NCBI GenBank assembly: GCA_963667425.1
Contig: OY763407.1
Coordinates: 2,201,464 to 2,265,463, forward strand
DNA length: 64,000 nt
Source: a bacterium
GTDB taxonomy: Bacteria; UBP6; UBA1177; G963667425
Reading direction: 5' to 3'
Both the position numbers and the translations under genes were made by a program. The notes under the pieces were generated by a model that saw nothing but the letters and a program-made list of their open reading frames with translations, made no database searches and had not been told where the DNA came from. Shown one piece after another: positions 18,121 to 27,299 of this stretch; the stretch's first letter is position 1; each line of letters starts with the position of its first letter.

Positions 18121-18516
18121 TTACAGATTAAACGGAGGAGAATTTTTGGGTGCAAAGAAAAGCACCTCTTTTATGATGTTTCTGTCTTTTAATAAAAAGG
18201 ATAAATACTTTAATAGAAAAATATGAAATAAAATTATTAAAACAGCTGTAAAAAGAGTTTTCTGGTGTGTAAGAAAATATATGACCGAACATTCATTATC
18301 TTCATGTTCGTGACAATTTTCCGATGAAATGGCGACACTGTTTTCCGTATCATAATTTATTAGATTTTCATATAACTCTTTATGAAAATGTTCAAATTTA
18401 TTTTCAAGAGGATTCCAGCGGTGAGGAATAACTGTAAAGTGGTATGAAAAGACAAAAATATTGGAAAATAGAAGGGCTATTAAAAAGTAAGAAATCTTTT
18501 TAGAAAAAGGTCTCAT
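18121..18516 (-). CDS. His-rich leader protein ending APKNSPP (DUF2946/CutF/CruR-like architecture)
   Basis: N-terminal hydrophobic segment, HFTVIPH, EHFH, CHEHEDNEC, Pro-Pro motif just before the stop; first gene of the TonB operon. Confidence 0.72.
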   Translation of the reverse strand: MRPFSKKISYFLIALLFSNIFVFSYHFTVIPHRWNPLENKFEHFHKELYENLINYDTENSVAISSENCHEHEDNECSVIYFLTHQKTLFTAVLIILFHIFLLKYLSFLLKDRNIIKEVLFFAPKNSPPFNL

Positions 18517-18678
18517 TTTCTCTTTCCAAATTGGGAAACATAATAAAATTTAAAGAAAACAACCTTATAAAAAGGTTTTTTCATTAAATGTCACTTAATT
18601 AATATAGAAATATTGATTAAAATTGCAATTATTTATCTCATAAGTAAAATCTATGTGCTATTTTTTGAGGAGGTTTTT

Positions 18679-18960
18679 ATGAAAACTGTTATTGTAAGTG
18701 CCATTGTTGCTGTTTTAGTTGCTTTTTCTTTTTATATTTATGCACAATCTGCCATGAACAATACTTCTTCTCAAAACACGCCTGCTTTTTTACCTCAAAA
18801 TACAGCTGCAAATGGTAACTCAGGTTACTTTATGATTCAGCTTAATGAAAATACTTTTGTTACAGGAAAAAATCTTGGCGATTCTCAGCAGATAATGGTT
18901 TTCAAAGTTTCTCATCAGGGTCAGCTTGTTTTAACTCAGAAAGCTAAGTTTATGTATTAA
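18679..18960 (+). CDS. Small exported hypothetical protein
   Basis: GAGGAGG RBS; signal peptide MKTVIVSAIVAVLVAFSFYIYA; stop overlaps the mnmE start (TAATG). Confidence 0.75.
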   Translation: MKTVIVSAIVAVLVAFSFYIYAQSAMNNTSSQNTPAFLPQNTAANGNSGYFMIQLNENTFVTGKNLGDSQQIMVFKVSHQGQLVLTQKAKFMY

Positions 18961-20315
18961 TGTACATTGAAAGATTATCAGAAACTATTGCCGCTATAGC
19001 AACAGCAAAAGGAAGTTCTATAGGAATTATAAGAATCAGCGGTAATGATTCGTTAAAAATTGCTCAGAAAATCATAAATACAGATAAACTTTTAGAGCCA
19101 AGAAAGGCGTACTTTGTAAAAATATCAGATAATTATGACAATATTTTTGACGAAGCTGTCGTTTTATTTTTTAAATCGCCTTCAAGTTTTACCGGAGAAG
19201 ACGTCGTAGAATTTCATCTTCATGGCTCAGGTGCCAACACAGAAGAAATACTGGACAAAATAATATCTATGGGCGCAAAGCCAGCTTTTAATGGAGAATT
19301 TTCATTCAGAGCAGTTATTAACGGTAAAATGCCGCTTAATAAATCTATGGATCTTTCAGCATTAATAGCCGCAGAAGATACAGTTTCTCTTGAATTTGCA
19401 AGAAAACAGGCTTTTAAAAACAGTTTTATGGAATATCTTAAATCTACAAAAGATGCCTGGGAAAAGTTTTATGTTCTTTTTACTGCCATTGTAGATTTTC
19501 CTGATTTTATGGATGACTATGTTAATAGAAAAGAACTGCTTGATTTAATTGACACTTCTATAAGTGTGGTCTCAAAAATAGAAGAAAACAATAATAGCCT
19601 TAGAAAGTTTGAAAATTTTTCTATAATTATTGCAGGAAAACCTAACGTAGGCAAATCTTCCCTTTTCAACAAACTTTTAAATAGACAAAGAGCTATTGTA
19701 AACAGTCAGGAAGGGACTACCAGAGATTACATAACTGAGATTTTTTATTTAGGAAAAAATAAAATTGAACTTACAGATACTGCGGGAATTCGAATAGCAT
19801 CTTCTGAAATAGAAGCCGAGGGAATCTCTTCGGCAAAAAAACTTCTTCAGAATTCCGATTTTATTATTTACGTTATTGACGGATCTAAAATTCCTGATGA
19901 AGAAGATAAAAATTCTCTTAAAAATCTTGATCCTCAAAAAACTATAATTGTTGTTAATAAATCTGATATCGCCACAGATTTTTCCAGAGATTTTCTTTCC
20001 GAATTTAAAATCTTTAATATTTCTGCAAAAACTGAAGACGGATTAGAAAATCTGAAAAAAGAGATAGAAATTTATGTCTCTTCACTTATGCCCGATATAA
20101 ACACTCCAGTTTTTAATTCAAAATGGCAAATGCAGATTGCTGAAAATTTTCATTCAAATCTTAATGAACTGAAAGAGCAGATTAATTTTGAGAATATAGA
20201 AATAATTTCAATTCTTCTCAAAGAAACATACGACCTTCTCCTTAAATTAATAGGAGAGAGCGATGATCACTCTATTTACGATAAAATTTTCTCTTCATTC
20301 TGCATTGGAAAGTGA
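18960..20315 (+). CDS. mnmE: tRNA modification GTPase MnmE
   Basis: TIAAIAT, SFTGEDVVEFHLHG, GKPNVGKSSL, GTTRD, DTAG, NKSD, C-terminal FCIGK. Confidence 0.97.
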   Translation: MYIERLSETIAAIATAKGSSIGIIRISGNDSLKIAQKIINTDKLLEPRKAYFVKISDNYDNIFDEAVVLFFKSPSSFTGEDVVEFHLHGSGANTEEILDKIISMGAKPAFNGEFSFRAVINGKMPLNKSMDLSALIAAEDTVSLEFARKQAFKNSFMEYLKSTKDAWEKFYVLFTAIVDFPDFMDDYVNRKELLDLIDTSISVVSKIEENNNSLRKFENFSIIIAGKPNVGKSSLFNKLLNRQRAIVNSQEGTTRDYITEIFYLGKNKIELTDTAGIRIASSEIEAEGISSAKKLLQNSDFIIYVIDGSKIPDEEDKNSLKNLDPQKTIIVVNKSDIATDFSRDFLSEFKIFNISAKTEDGLENLKKEIEIYVSSLMPDINTPVFNSKWQMQIAENFHSNLNELKEQINFENIEIISILLKETYDLLLKLIGESDDHSIYDKIFSSFCIGK

Positions 20316-20448
20316 TTTTTTTAGATTCCTTTTAAAGCTTCAATTTTTGCCGCTATTGATTTTTTTGCGATTTAAATATATAAACCCTAGTTAATTCGTT
20401 TTTGTTTAATACGAATTAAAATTTAAACCCGTTTTTTGGAGAGCTTTT

Positions 20449-22326
20449 ATGAACTTTTTTGATGTAATTGTTGTGGGAGGAGGCCATGCCGGAATAGAAG
20501 CCGCACATGCTGCCGCTCGTCTTAAGGCAAGAACACTTCTCATAACATCAAATATTGATACTATCGGAGTCATGTCCTGCAACCCTTCAATTGGAGGTCA
20601 GGCAAAAGGTCAGATTGTCAGAGAAATAAATATTCTTGGCGGTCTCATGCCTGAAGCATCAGACTATGCTGCGATTCAATATAGAATTTTAAACAGAAAA
20701 AAAGGACCGGCTGTTCATGCAACAAGAATTCAGGCAGATAAAATTCTTTACTCATCTTTTATGAAATCAAGACTGCTTGAAACAGAAAATCTTTCTATCT
20801 GGCAGAGTCAGGTAAATTCACTTATTATAACAAATGGAAAAATTACAGCTGTAAAAACAGAAGAAGACAATATTATTAATGCTGCTGCTGTAGTAATCAC
20901 AGCAGGTACATTTCTTAACGGAAAAATAGTTATAGGAGAAAGTAATTTTAAAGGCGGCAGACTAGGGGAGAAGGCTTCTCTTTATCTTTCAGATCAGATA
21001 AACGATTCCGGATTTAAAAAAATAAGGTTTAAAACCGGAACACCTGTAAGAATTCTGGGCAAATCAATAGATTTTTCAAAAATGGAAATCCAGCCTGGAG
21101 AACTTGACTACACTCCTTTTTCATCTTATACAAACGGTAAGCTTTCAAATCAGCTGCCATGCTATATAACTGCTACAAATGAACAGACACACGAAATTAT
21201 CAGAAATAATATTCACCGTTCTCCTTTATATGGCGTAAACAAATCAATTGAAGGAATTGGACCAAGATATTGTCCATCAATTGAAGATAAAATTGTTAAA
21301 TTTGCAGACAGAAAAGAACATCATATTTTTGTTGAACCAGAAGGATGGAACAGGCTTGAATACTATCCAAACGGAATTTCAACATCACTTCCTCTTGATG
21401 TACAGATGGATTTTCTAAAAACAATAAGCGGATTTGAAAACATAACTGTTACAAGACCGGCATACGCTATAGAATATGACGGATTTGATCCTCTTGAACT
21501 CAAACTTACACTTGAAAGCAAACACATAAAAAATCTTTTTATGGCTGGACAGATAAATGGAACTTCTGGATATGAAGAGGCTGCAATCCAAGGTCTTGTT
21601 GCTGGAATTAACGCAGCAATCAATTCAAAAGAAACTAATGAACCTTTTATTCTGGAAAGAACTGAATCTTTTGGAGGGGTACTTATAAGCGATATAACAT
21701 CAAAGGGCGTTGACGAACCTTACCGTATGTTTACTTCAAGATGTGAATACAGGTTATCAATAAGAGATGATAACAGTGCTGAAAGACTCTTGGAAAAATC
21801 TTTTAAATATAATCTTATTGATGAAACCTTTTATTTAATGGAAAAGAAAAAAATAGAAGAAAAAGAAAAAATAATAAACAGACTTTCGGAAACTAAAATA
21901 TTTCCTACAAAAGAGATAAATCAAATTTTAGAATCTGTTGATGAAAAACCAATATCAAAACAAATAACAGCAGAAGACATTATGAAAAGAATGACTTTTT
22001 CTAAGGAAAAACTTGAAAATATTATTGAAGTTAAAGTACTTGATGATATAAATCCTGAATTATGGGAAAAGGCTATAACAGAAATCAGATACTCAGGATA
22101 CATAGAAAAAGAAAAAATATTAATGAACCTTTATGAAAAAAATTTAAAAGTAAAAATACCAGCAGATATGATTTTCAAAGGAATATCTGGAATTTCAAAT
22201 GAAATAGCAGAAAAACTAACAAGAATAAGACCTGAAACTCTTGCAGCTGCATCGCTTATTCCGGGAGTTACACCATCTGCTATTTCTATTTTATATTTAA
22301 ATATTAAAAGGCATACTCATGAATAA
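20449..22326 (+). CDS. mnmG: tRNA uridine 5-carboxymethylaminomethyl modification enzyme MnmG (GidA)
   Basis: [53 protein letters not shown]. Confidence 0.98.
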   Translation: MNFFDVIVVGGGHAGIEAAHAAARLKARTLLITSNIDTIGVMSCNPSIGGQAKGQIVREINILGGLMPEASDYAAIQYRILNRKKGPAVHATRIQADKILYSSFMKSRLLETENLSIWQSQVNSLIITNGKITAVKTEEDNIINAAAVVITAGTFLNGKIVIGESNFKGGRLGEKASLYLSDQINDSGFKKIRFKTGTPVRILGKSIDFSKMEIQPGELDYTPFSSYTNGKLSNQLPCYITATNEQTHEIIRNNIHRSPLYGVNKSIEGIGPRYCPSIEDKIVKFADRKEHHIFVEPEGWNRLEYYPNGISTSLPLDVQMDFLKTISGFENITVTRPAYAIEYDGFDPLELKLTLESKHIKNLFMAGQINGTSGYEEAAIQGLVAGINAAINSKETNEPFILERTESFGGVLISDITSKGVDEPYRMFTSRCEYRLSIRDDNSAERLLEKSFKYNLIDETFYLMEKKKIEEKEKIINRLSETKIFPTKEINQILESVDEKPISKQITAEDIMKRMTFSKEKLENIIEVKVLDDINPELWEKAITEIRYSGYIEKEKILMNLYEKNLKVKIPADMIFKGISGISNEIAEKLTRIRPETLAAASLIPGVTPSAISILYLNIKRHTHE

Positions 22327-22948
22327 AAATCTCCACGTTTCACGTGAAACATTTTTAGAAATGTTCCAGAAAAAATTACATGAAAGCAATCTTGTTTTAG
22401 ATGAAAAAATGCTCAATTCTTTTTATGCTTATTATGAAAACCTTATAAAATGGAATAAAAACATTAATCTGACAAGAATAACAGCTGTAGATGAAATAAT
22501 ATCAAGACACTTTATAGATTCACTTAATTTTATAAAAATCAATTTTGACGTTAAAGAAAAAACCATATGTGATCTCGGTAGTGGTGGAGGTTTCCCGGGG
22601 ATACCTCTTTCTATATTTTATAAAGATACAAATTTTTATCTTGTAGAAAAAGTAGAAAAGAAAGCATCTTTTTTAAGTTATATAAAGTCATTGTTAAACC
22701 TTGAAAAAACAAAAATTATAAACAACAGAATAGAAAATATTGATATAAAATTTGATGTAATAACCATGCGGGCTGTAAATGTTGAAGAGAGTTTTTTAAA
22801 TGAATTGAAAAATTATCTAAATGAAAATGGAAAAATCATCTTATATCTATCGCCATCACAAACATTACCCAAAATATTCGGTAACATTTCAGAGTATGCT
22901 TTTTCTGTGGATAATTTCTCTTCAAAAATAGTTATCTGCTCATTTTAA
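22319..22948 (+). CDS. rsmG: 16S rRNA m7G527 methyltransferase RsmG (GidB)
   Basis: [27 protein letters not shown]; follows mnmG. Confidence 0.95.
   Translation: MNKNLHVSRETFLEMFQKKLHESNLVLDEKMLNSFYAYYENLIKWNKNINLTRITAVDEIISRHFIDSLNFIKINFDVKEKTICDLGSGGGFPGIPLSIFYKDTNFYLVEKVEKKASFLSYIKSLLNLEKTKIINNRIENIDIKFDVITMRAVNVEESFLNELKNYLNENGKIILYLSPSQTLPKIFGNISEYAFSVDNFSSKIVICSF
22336..22351. promoter_or_regulatory. parS centromere-like site
   Basis: CGTTTCACGTGAAACA, 15/16 match to TGTTTCACGTGAAACA; read as VSRET in RsmG. Confidence 0.88.
22906..22914 (-). promoter_or_regulatory. Perfect DnaA box
   Basis: TGTGGATAA on +, i.e. TTATCCACA on -; a single 9-mer could occur by chance. Confidence 0.5.
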
Positions 22949-22977
22949 TTGACAAAATAGTAATATTTTATTATAAA
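22949..22977 (+). promoter_or_regulatory. Putative sigma70 promoter of the purE...dnaA gene run
   Basis: TTGACA-17 nt-TATAAA. Confidence 0.62.
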
Positions 22978-23010
22978 GATTAAAAGTGTTCAGCTCATTG
23001 GAGGTTTATC

Positions 23011-23466
23011 ATAAAAAACAAGCTTATACTATTATTTATATTCATTTTTTATGTGTCACTTTTTGGTGCAGATGAACAAAAAAATACAAACAAGGAAGCA
23101 GCCTTTATTAAAAACATGGAGGCTCTGGTCATTGGCGAACTATCTCTTTCTGTCAGACTTCTTTCACTTTCAGCCAGCCTTTCCATTGCTTCCGCTGTAG
23201 AGCCTGATGCAATAACAACTTTAACAGATAATATTTCTTCAACTTTAGCAGATACAGATATAATAATTAAAACAAATAAACTTGATAATTCTTTAGCAGC
23301 ATTATCGGAATATATTTCTGACTGTTCAAAAACTATAGGGACTTATTCTAAAAATAAAAGTTATAAAAATCTTACAGAAATGAGATTATGTATAGATAAT
23401 TCCATAGATAAACTTGATATTGTAAGCAATAAATTTAATAAAGAATCTAAACAAGATAATAAGTGA
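23011..23466 (+). CDS. Exported hypothetical helical protein; probable non-canonical ATA start
   Basis: GGAGG at 23000-23004; in-frame ATA at 23011 gives signal peptide (M)KNKLILLFIFIFYVSLFGA; ORF track start is GTG at 23053. Confidence 0.68.
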   Translation: MKNKLILLFIFIFYVSLFGADEQKNTNKEAAFIKNMEALVIGELSLSVRLLSLSASLSIASAVEPDAITTLTDNISSTLADTDIIIKTNKLDNSLAALSEYISDCSKTIGTYSKNKSYKNLTEMRLCIDNSIDKLDIVSNKFNKESKQDNK

Positions 23467-23475
23467 GGTTAAAAA

Positions 23476-23964
23476 ATGTCCACTGTTCTTATACTTATGG
23501 GAAGTGATTCTGACTGGAAAGTTATGAAAAAAGCTGCTGAAGTATTAAAAGAATTTAATGTAGATTTTGAATGCAGAGTAAGTTCAGCACACAGAACACC
23601 TGAAAAAACTATAGAAATAGTTTCTTCATTTAACGGTTCATGTATTATCGTCGGAGCTGGTGCAGCAGCTCATCTTGCTGGTGTAGTTGCAGCACACACA
23701 GTTAAACCTGTTATTGCTGTTCCTATAAACGCAACTGCTTTAAGCGGTTTGGATGCATTATATTCAACAGTTATGATGCCTTCAGGGATTCCTGTTGCAA
23801 CAATGTCTATTGACGGTTCTAAAAACGCAGCACTTATGGCTCTCACGATTATTGCATTATTAGATAACAATGTTAAAGAAAAACTTGAAACTTTCAGAAA
23901 GAATATGGTTGAAGAGGTAAATAATAAGGATTTAAATCTTCAAAATATCATAAAGGAGATATAA
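23476..23964 (+). CDS. purE: N5-carboxyaminoimidazole ribonucleotide mutase
   Basis: MGSDSD, SAHRTP, GAGAAAHLAG, MPSGIPVAT. Confidence 0.97.
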   Translation: MSTVLILMGSDSDWKVMKKAAEVLKEFNVDFECRVSSAHRTPEKTIEIVSSFNGSCIIVGAGAAAHLAGVVAAHTVKPVIAVPINATALSGLDALYSTVMMPSGIPVATMSIDGSKNAALMALTIIALLDNNVKEKLETFRKNMVEEVNNKDLNLQNIIKEI

Positions 23965-23969
23965 AATAT

Positions 23970-24602
23970 ATGGAACTTCTTAATATTGATGAAGCCGCAT
24001 GGAAACTTAGAAACGGATCTGTAATAGCATATCCTACAGAAACTGTTTTTGGACTCGGAGCTATAATTTATGATACTGAAGCAGTTCTTAAAATAAAAAA
24101 AATAAAGAACATCTCTTCAAGAAAACCTTTATCTGTAATTATATCCAAAAATAATCAGTTTATGCTTAATGAACTTGTAGAACCTTTTATTCCTGTAGCT
24201 CAGAGACTTGCAAAATTTTTCTGGCCCGGGCCTCTTACAATACTTCATAAAGCTAAAGATTCTGTTCCTGAGAGTGTTACCGGAGATACAGGATTCATAG
24301 GAATAAGATGCTCCGATCTTGAGATAGTTTCCGAGCTTGTTGATAAAACAGGTCATCCTATAATAACAACAAGTGCAAACCCTACAGGAAAAGAACCCGC
24401 AAAAACATATGAAGATGTCTTTAATTATTTTAACGACCAAATTGATGGTGTATTAACAGAAGAAGACACATCAGGCTATGAACAGAGAAGTTTAAAACCA
24501 CAGCTCCCTTCAACTATTGTTAAAGTTGATTATCATAATATAGAAATAATTAGGGAAGGTGCTATTTCTAAAGAAGACATATTAAACAAAGTTTATAAAT
24601 AA
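23970..24602 (+). CDS. tsaC: L-threonylcarbamoyladenylate synthase (TsaC/YrdC, no C-terminal SUA5 domain)
   Basis: YPTETVFGLG, FWPGPLT, TTSAN, PSTIV, IREGAI. Confidence 0.92.
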   Translation: MELLNIDEAAWKLRNGSVIAYPTETVFGLGAIIYDTEAVLKIKKIKNISSRKPLSVIISKNNQFMLNELVEPFIPVAQRLAKFFWPGPLTILHKAKDSVPESVTGDTGFIGIRCSDLEIVSELVDKTGHPIITTSANPTGKEPAKTYEDVFNYFNDQIDGVLTEEDTSGYEQRSLKPQLPSTIVKVDYHNIEIIREGAISKEDILNKVYK

Positions 24603-25345
24603 TGGATTTAACTTCTTTATCTTCAGATTCTATTTTTAATAAGGATATTTTTCTGTTTCAGAAAAAAGATGGTTATCGTTTTACAACAGATGCGCTTCTT
24701 CTTTCATGGTATATATTTAAAAACATAAATATAAACAGCAACTTACAAACTTTAGAAATAGGTTCAGGAAGTGGAGTAATTCCAATAACTTTATTTAAAA
24801 GAGGTTTTAATGGATTTATAGACTCTTTTGAAGTTCAACCTGATCTTTATGAAATTCTAAGCCTTAATATAAAAAATAATAGCCTTGAAAACAAAATAAG
24901 ACCTTTGAATGAAAATTTTCTTGAATCATATATAAAAACAACATCTATAGATGTTGTTTTTACCAATCCTCCTTATTTTACTTTAAACAGCTGCAGGGTT
25001 AACTCAAATTCAGAAAAAGCTCTTGCAAGACATGAAATTAACGGTTCTCTTTCTGATTTTTTTAAAAAATCTTCTAAAATATTAAAATTTAAAGGAAGCT
25101 TTTTTCTTGTTTACCCACTTAAAAGAGTTCAGTATGCTTTAATGGAATCTTATAAGTATGGTCTTTTTTTAAAGAATATAACTTTTTCAAGAGAATATGA
25201 ACATTCAAAACCTTCAGTTTTTCTGGCACATTTTGTAAAGGGAGTCAGTTCTAACATAATTTCAACTTCAGATGTTGTAACTCTCAAAAAAAATTCAAAC
25301 GAATACAGCAATATAGGCAAAGAGATAATGTATGATATGCTTTAA
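24602..25345 (+). CDS. tRNA1(Val) A37 N6-methyltransferase-like SAM methyltransferase
   Basis: GYRFTTDALLL, EIGSGSG, NPPY and ARHE motifs. Confidence 0.82.
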   Translation: MDLTSLSSDSIFNKDIFLFQKKDGYRFTTDALLLSWYIFKNININSNLQTLEIGSGSGVIPITLFKRGFNGFIDSFEVQPDLYEILSLNIKNNSLENKIRPLNENFLESYIKTTSIDVVFTNPPYFTLNSCRVNSNSEKALARHEINGSLSDFFKKSSKILKFKGSFFLVYPLKRVQYALMESYKYGLFLKNITFSREYEHSKPSVFLAHFVKGVSSNIISTSDVVTLKKNSNEYSNIGKEIMYDML

Positions 25346-27275
25346 TAATATTTCAAAAAGATTTTCAGAAAAAACAATATTTGATAATTTTTCAGGCACA
25401 ATTTCTTCAAAAAGACTTGGACTTACAGGAGTTAACGGCTCCGGAAAATCTACATTAATGAAGATAATAAAAGGATTGGAACACCTTGATTCAGGTACTA
25501 TTTCTCACCCTAAAAATGCAAAAATCAAATATCTTTCTCAAACGATTACATATTCTTTCGAAGGCAAAGTTGCAGATGTGGTTAAAAATCATTATATGAA
25601 AGACAGTGGTCTTCAGAATCTTTATAATGAAGAAAAAAATATACTGGCAGAAATAGAACATGAAAAAGATATAAATAAAGCAGAATCTTTATATGAAAAT
25701 CTTATAAAGATACAGGGAGAAATAGAATCTATAAATTCTTCAAAAAATTATAGTTCAGATCCTTTATATCTTTTAAAAAAACTTGGATTTACAGATGAAA
25801 TGATAGAGCAGGAATCTTCCACTTTAAGTGGAGGATGGTTAATGAGGCTTGCTCTTGCTGTTTTAATGTCCGAAAGTTCAGATATGATAATGTTTGACGA
25901 ACCTACAAACTATCTTGACATAGAAACTGTCGATTTTCTTAAAGAATGGATAGATCAATATAAAGGATATATTATTCTTGTATCTCACGACAGAGCTTTT
26001 TTAAATTCTATAGTTACTGAAATATGGGAAATAATTTGCGGGAGAATAGAAATATACAAAGGTAACTATGATTACTATCTTTCAGAAAGTGTAATAAGAT
26101 ATGAAACTCTTGAAAAAACAAGAAATAAACAGCTTGAAGAAATAGAAAAACTACAGGAATTTGTTGATAAATTCAGGTATAATGCAAACACCGCATCCAG
26201 AGCACAATCAAAACTTAAGGAACTTAATAAAGTAAAGTCTGAATTAATAGAAATTCCAGAAAGGACAAAAAAGAATAATTTTAAATTTCCTGAAATGGAA
26301 AAAAGCGGAAAAATAGCTGTAGAAATAGACTCCATATTCAAAAATTTTGGTAAAAAAGAACTTTTTACAGGCTTTTCGAGAATAGTAAATTATGGTGAAA
26401 AAATAGGATTGGCTGGAAGAAACGGAATAGGAAAATCAACTCTTTTAAACATTATTTCAGGCAAAATAATACCGGATCAGGGTAATGTAAAATTAGGATC
26501 AAATATAAAAATATCTTATTTCAGGCAAAATGAAATAGATTACCTTCCTGAAGATGTGTCTGTTCTTGAATATATAGAATCAAACGCACCTTTCGAACTT
26601 GTTCCTAAAGCTAAAAGCATACTTTCATCATTTCTTTTTTTCAGTGACAGCTGGGATAAAAAGTTATCTGTTTTAAGTGGCGGTGAAAAAATGAAAATAG
26701 CATTTATAAAAATGCTGCTTAATCCAGGCAATTTATTTTTAATGGATGAGCCTACAACTCATCTTGATATAGATTCAAAGGAAATTCTTCTTAAAAATTT
26801 AAAAGAACTTTCATCAACAGTAATATTTGTCTCTCATGACCAGTATTTTATAGATTCTTTATCAACATCTATTGTTGCTTTTTCAAAAGGTTTTCCTGAA
26901 AATTTTCCAGGAAACTACTCTGAATATAAAGAAATATATAAAAATAAAAATGAAGAACTATCTTTTTATAAATCTGAATCTGAAAAAAATATAAATATAA
27001 GTACAGATAAAAATAAAGTTAATAACTATGAACTTGCAAAGAAAAACAGAAATTATTTAAATAAATTATCTAAAGAAATAGAAAAAATAGAAGAAAACAT
27101 AGCTGAAAATGAGGATAATTTAAAATCATTATCTGAATCTATAAATAACATGCCTTTAGAAAAAATAACTGAAACAGGAATAAAAATTAATAAATTAGAA
27201 TCTGAAATAAAAAAATTAATGGAATTATGGGAAGAAAAAAATATTGAAATAGAAAAATTAAAAGGTACTCTATAA
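25332..27275 (+). CDS. ABC-F family ATP-binding protein
   Basis: Two ABC domains (GVNGSGKST/LSGGW/DEPTN; GRNGIGKST/LSGGE/DEPT), GNYDYY linker, C-terminal coiled coil, no TM. Confidence 0.93.
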   Translation: MICFNNISKRFSEKTIFDNFSGTISSKRLGLTGVNGSGKSTLMKIIKGLEHLDSGTISHPKNAKIKYLSQTITYSFEGKVADVVKNHYMKDSGLQNLYNEEKNILAEIEHEKDINKAESLYENLIKIQGEIESINSSKNYSSDPLYLLKKLGFTDEMIEQESSTLSGGWLMRLALAVLMSESSDMIMFDEPTNYLDIETVDFLKEWIDQYKGYIILVSHDRAFLNSIVTEIWEIICGRIEIYKGNYDYYLSESVIRYETLEKTRNKQLEEIEKLQEFVDKFRYNANTASRAQSKLKELNKVKSELIEIPERTKKNNFKFPEMEKSGKIAVEIDSIFKNFGKKELFTGFSRIVNYGEKIGLAGRNGIGKSTLLNIISGKIIPDQGNVKLGSNIKISYFRQNEIDYLPEDVSVLEYIESNAPFELVPKAKSILSSFLFFSDSWDKKLSVLSGGEKMKIAFIKMLLNPGNLFLMDEPTTHLDIDSKEILLKNLKELSSTVIFVSHDQYFIDSLSTSIVAFSKGFPENFPGNYSEYKEIYKNKNEELSFYKSESEKNINISTDKNKVNNYELAKKNRNYLNKLSKEIEKIEENIAENEDNLKSLSESINNMPLEKITETGIKINKLESEIKKLMELWEEKNIEIEKLKGTL

Positions 27276-27299
27276 GGTAACCTTTTTAGGATTGTAATA

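Noticed and set aside
18614-18642. Possible Fur/Zur box (AATTGCAATT palindrome) upstream of the TonB operon
   Set aside because: Only about 9/14 to the 7-1-7 Fur consensus in very AT-rich DNA; not supportable without comparative data.
20391-20419. Inverted repeat TTAATTCGT...ACGAATTAA before mnmG
   Set aside because: Weak AT-rich 9-bp stem with no U tract on the coding strand; no function assignable.
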